From NCBI GenBank assembly GCA_047495785.1, contig JBLDXI010000026.1, positions 682,001-746,000 on the forward strand: DNA of 64,000 nt. The letters are read 5' to 3'. Positions 59,847 through 64,000 of this stretch are shown here, piece by piece. Positions within the stretch are counted from its first letter, which is position 1; every line of letters starts with the position of its first letter. The translations under genes were made by a program, and so were the position numbers. The notes beneath the pieces are model-generated. The model did no database searches. It had not been told where the DNA came from and saw nothing but the letters and a program-made list of their open reading frames with translations. The stretch comes from Lepidodermella squamata. Its lineage: Eukaryota; Animalia; Gastrotricha.

Positions 59847-61168
59847 ATGGTTAGCATGGATCAAGACGAGCTTGTATTCTGTCAGGTGTGTTAAAACTCA
59901 AGGAAAATGATTGATATCATCATATTTTTGCAGATATGTACTTTAAAAGTTCTCCCGCGAAAAGAATACCAACCCAGGACTTGCCACGCTTGCAAAAAAT
60001 TCTTTTACCGCAACCACCCTAAACGAAACTCGCTGAAATGTGTCGCAGGGAAACCGCCTTGCTCAATTATCGGAAATTCCCGCTCGAACTGTACCAAATG
60101 TCGCCTTGAGAAATGCTTCGAAGCCGGCATGAAGTGTAAGCTATGCTTCTTTGTTCTTGACATTCATCGAACATGTCGGCATTTTTATAGCCGGTAAGCG
60201 AAAAAGCATTAACAAGAAACTGGTTATGGCGAGAGAGCCCCGTATGATCAACGCAACAGCGATTGAAGAAGCCGTCAAAAATTCGATTTTAGCTTTCACA
60301 TTACTTCATGGCATGGAATCAGTGAGGCTTGAGAAATCAATCGGTCGTCTGTTATATGAATAATTATCCCATAGCTACCGCTGAAAATGTTTTCGGGAAA
60401 TTTTAACCTGGAAAAGCATCGCGAGCTATTGCAGATCCATACTCAGCAATGTATGAAAATCGGCTGGAGTTACGCATGTTTTTTTAAAGGTTGAAGGCTC
60501 TAACATTGTAAGGAATGAAATATTTACTATTATCGTTACTTATTCAGAAAAATTCGGTCTGAGAAACCGGGAAATCCAAGCAGCTTTTGTAACCGGTTGG
60601 CCAGCGATAGGATCTTCAATGACATGTCTACCTAGCTACGCCACTTCGAAGCTGAGCATGAGCAGTGATGTTACTAAATGGCTACTTAAAGATTATCCTG
60701 AATTTCGGGTTAGGATTAATATAATTATATTTTTTCGTGCTTAAATGAAGATCTTTAACCCAACAGCACTCAGCAGATACAGCTGCTGAACTTGCTGAAG
60801 TTCTAGAGCAATGGAATCCTTCACTTTTGCAAGCTTCAATTTTCTTCACCTTGCTACTTTTCAAGGGTTTGTTCATTTCATGCCATCGATTGAACTTCAA
60901 GGTTGAATTAATTTCAGTGAATGTTTGCAAGCAGTTTCCGCATTTTTACAATCTACGACGCCTTTACATAACTGCTCTTAAAATTGTCGCCTCGGTTGAA
61001 GGCAAACACGGACCGCAGAATTCTGTAGCGCTTATGAAGAAATCAAGCGCTGTCTCAGCTCGATTGGCTGACAGCATGAAGCGTTTTGTCACTATGAATA
61101 GAGACGACACGGGGGCGGTATCAATCAAGGATAATCTAATGCTGGTCGTTGACCAGATTTCTGTATGA
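59847..61168 (+). CDS. Divergent nuclear-receptor-like gene, subfamily D copy 3
   Basis: MVSMDQDELVFCQ|ICTLKVLPRKEYQPRTCHACKKFFYRNHPKRNSLKCVAGKPPCSIIGNSRSNCTKCRLEKCFEAGMK. Close paralogue of D2, including upstream DNA. Confidence 0.85.
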
Positions 61169-62818
61169 AAATCTCGCTAGGAAATACGTTAGTAAAAAAA
61201 CTATATTACATCTGTACAGTCTCTGGGAAGTGTTGAGGAAACGGTTATACTAGCTACCAATGCATGTGTAGTACGTAAATTACCTCAATCGGAACAGAAT
61301 ACCGCAACTTTCAGGCTAGGCTGTGGCATCATCCTCTTCCGCTGGGTCGAGCGTGTAGGCAATGAGCTGGAAACAATTGGAGCAGCATCCCCAGACACAT
61401 CGAAAAAATATAAAGCTGTGCAACTTTTACTTGGCTGAATTGAAGAGGTCATCGTCGATTCAACTTGCTGATTTCACCATGTAAGGGCGGATCTCTCATA
61501 TACTCAGCTTCCAGTTATTCTTCGACTAGGAGCCTTGCCTTACGCATTATTGAAAGTACTTCGACAATAACTTCAGGGACACATTAAATATTGATTTGAT
61601 GGCAGCCCTTAGAGCAATGAACATTTTGCGTGTAATATCGCCTCGAATTCGTCTTGTAAATATTCTGTTGATGGTTCAGGGCAAGGCTGCTATGGAAGCA
61701 CTTTATTTTCTTTCCATTGAAAGGCCAGAAAATAGCGATAATAGACAAAACACGCGGTATCATTTCTTTGAATGATTTCGATTTCATTTTTACATCTCGC
61801 ATCTTACCTATATACTATGGTAAGCAAGTCCTGCGCCTAAGGTGCATATTAGCTTCTACCGGGTTTCTTTATGGATTGTATCTATAGAAAAATTAGTGCT
61901 TTTTCTTGAAATCTTCTAGTTTCTTCTAGTGATATCCTCCAAGCCAGAGTAGCCGCATCGCGACCTGAGAAGTTGTAGATGATTGCTTAATGCCATTACT
62001 TGTTTGACTTTTCAATAGCAACAAATGTTGATGATAGTCATCGTAGGCAAGCGTACAGAAATGCAGGACAAAAGCGAAAGTTATTGCTCTAAAGAACAGG
62101 GACTGGGGACTGCCAAATTCGAAGTTTGTTCGTGGCACCTATGAAAATAGAAGTGCGAACCTACAGCTCAAACTAAGGGAAACAGTGAGACAGAAATGGC
62201 CTTGGCTGACCCTGAGACTTAATTTGCAGAGAAAAGGAAAAAATTCGATGTTCTTATAGTCACATGATAGATAAAACGCGTGATGCCGTATTAAAAGTTG
62301 ACCTGTTTGGGTTTTTAGTCTCCTATTACTAGAAATTTTCATCACCATAAATACGAAACTCAAAGTAGGTCCAATTAATAAACTGCGGGTTGTATTAGAT
62401 TAGATACTGACTGATCAGTGACATCAGCGTCGAGCCAAGTAAGGAGTCAAAAGCATCACTAATGAGTATTCTATAGGTGTCTGTGGATTCGTCGCTAGCT
62501 CTAATTAAATGCACCCTCGACATTTGCACCGGCTCAGAAGCATTGTAAATGGGCGTATATCATTAGTAAATTTGGGACATCTCTAATCTGATGTCATGAA
62601 TCCTTTATAAGCTCCTGCCATTTTATATTGAAGCAAATACAAAGAAATCTCCAGCATTTCATTACAGTTAAGATTAAAATAACAGCTAATAGTTTGAAAC
62701 GGTGGAACGCCCGTTGAAATTCACTACATCAGGTTCCTGTGCCCACCTTCAGACCAACTAGATCACTTCCGCAACAGAACTTCTCGTCGCTTCTGCTTTG
62801 TTTCGAAAAGCTCATAGC

Positions 62819-63587
62819 ATGGAGGAAAACGCGCCTGTTTTATGTCAGGTATGTGATAACATATAAAACTAATGAGACTAATATGATGAATTGCGATGTT
62901 TTGTCAGATTTGTTCTTCCTTAGCTATCAGACGGAAAGAATACCAACCTAGGACTTGTCAAGCATGCCAAAAATTCTTCAGCCGCCATCACTCCAAGCGG
63001 TTCTTGCTGTTCTGTATCGCAGAGAATCCCCCTTGCTCAATTTTCGGTGAATTACGAGCAACGTGCAAGAAATGTCGCCTTGAGAAATGCTTTGAGACTG
63101 GCATGAAGGGTAAGCTGCATTATCTCATCCTGCATAACTCTCGAACATGTCCCTTCTTATCTAGCTGGTAAACGAAGACGTTTTGTTGAGAAATTTGTCG
63201 TAGCTAGAGAGCCGCAATTCATCGATGGAACGGCGATTGAAGAAGCTATCAGCATTTCGATGTTGGCTTTCACACTCCTTCACGGCATGGAATCGGTGAG
63301 ACTTGAAAATGGTGGGGAATTCCAAACACTAAAAAGGAAGATCTATTAAGGAATTGGGGAAACCCAAACCCGGATTGAAAAAGTCTTCAAATTCTTCCTT
63401 TTTGGTGGTGTGAAGTTTTCAACTTCTTAAAATAACGATCAGTCTTCTTTTTTATATTAATTATCTTATAGCTACCGCTGAAAATGTTTTCTGGAGATTT
63501 TAACGCGGATAAACATCGCGAGCTATCGCAAACGCATCTTCGCCAAAGTATGAGCGTCGGAAAGAACTACGCATCCTTTTTCAAAGG
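62819..63587 (+). CDS. Divergent nuclear-receptor-like gene, subfamily D copy 4 (first 4 exons only; interrupted by a retroelement or continuing past the window)
   Basis: MEENAPVLCQ|ICSSLAIRRKEYQPRTCQACQKFFSRHHSKRFLLFCIAENPPCSIFGELRATCKKCRLEKCFETGMK|...|LPLKMFSGDFNADKH. All four exons are open. Confidence 0.78.
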
Positions 63588-63622
63588 TTTGATATAACTC
63601 CAATATTAGCTCAATTATTATT

Positions 63623-63624
<2 letters not shown>

Positions 63625-63665
<41 letters not shown>

Positions 63666-64000
63666 GTTTTATTTAGTCCTCCTCTCGATTAAGCATCTAT
63701 ACCGTAAAAACGGTTTTGAGCAGGGCGAAGGCAGGCGAAAGATGGAAATCACCCACCCCCACAGTTGAAGATTCTACTTTTTCCAAAAAATTCATAATCA
63801 TTCATTGAGTCAACAATGTTGCGCCATTCAATTTTATCAAAAGATAGTAATTCAGTCAAGTGCAGATCAGGAATAATTTTAATTTCAAATTTATTTTCTT
63901 TTTCGCCGGATTTTTTATTTTTAGCTGGCTTTTTGCCTTTCTGATTTTTGGGTTGTCTTTTCTTCCGGCGAACTTCCTTAACAATGCCAACCATGTGTAG
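63625..64000 (-). mobile_element. 3' end of a probable RTE-like non-LTR retrotransposon with (ATT)n tail
   Basis: A minus-strand ORF, open to the window edge, ends ...LLSFDKIEWRNIV...*. It is followed by a short UTR and ~13 copies of a trinucleotide tail (63625-63664). The clade call rests on the D[R/K]xxWRxxV motif only. Confidence 0.55.

Overview
Compact, intron-rich animal (metazoan) genomic DNA. Most introns are GT-AG and about 45-70 nt, so most ORF-track entries are exon fragments or intron read-throughs; the gene models below were spliced by hand. The organism cannot be named from this window. The window is dominated by a tandem expansion of one highly divergent nuclear-receptor-like family: 13 apparently intact genes, 1 interrupted or incomplete gene and about 6 decayed or orphan fragments. 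Ten genes lie on the minus strand (1-33.8 kb) and four on the plus strand (52-63.6 kb). All have an atypical first zinc finger (CxxC-x14-CxAC[Q/K/M]KFF, KYF in one copy, with an R[R/K]xY[H/Q]P motif) and a degenerate but recognisable ligand-binding domain. Other genes: a nearly intronless pancreatic-lipase-like gene, an SLC2-like sugar porter, a GPI-anchored Ly6/three-finger protein, a CUB-LDLa-CUB-CUB-trypsin mosaic and a non-alpha nAChR-like subunit. The most unusual gene is an 8-exon model (34495-37811, minus) joining a signal peptide, an L-type-lectin-like domain and a mucin-like stalk to a complete Cys-loop ion-channel subunit. The window also holds several non-autonomous DNA transposons and fold-back elements (two with paralogous empty sites) and the 3' end of a probable RTE-like LINE at the right edge. 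No CRISPR array, rRNA or intact tRNA gene is supported.
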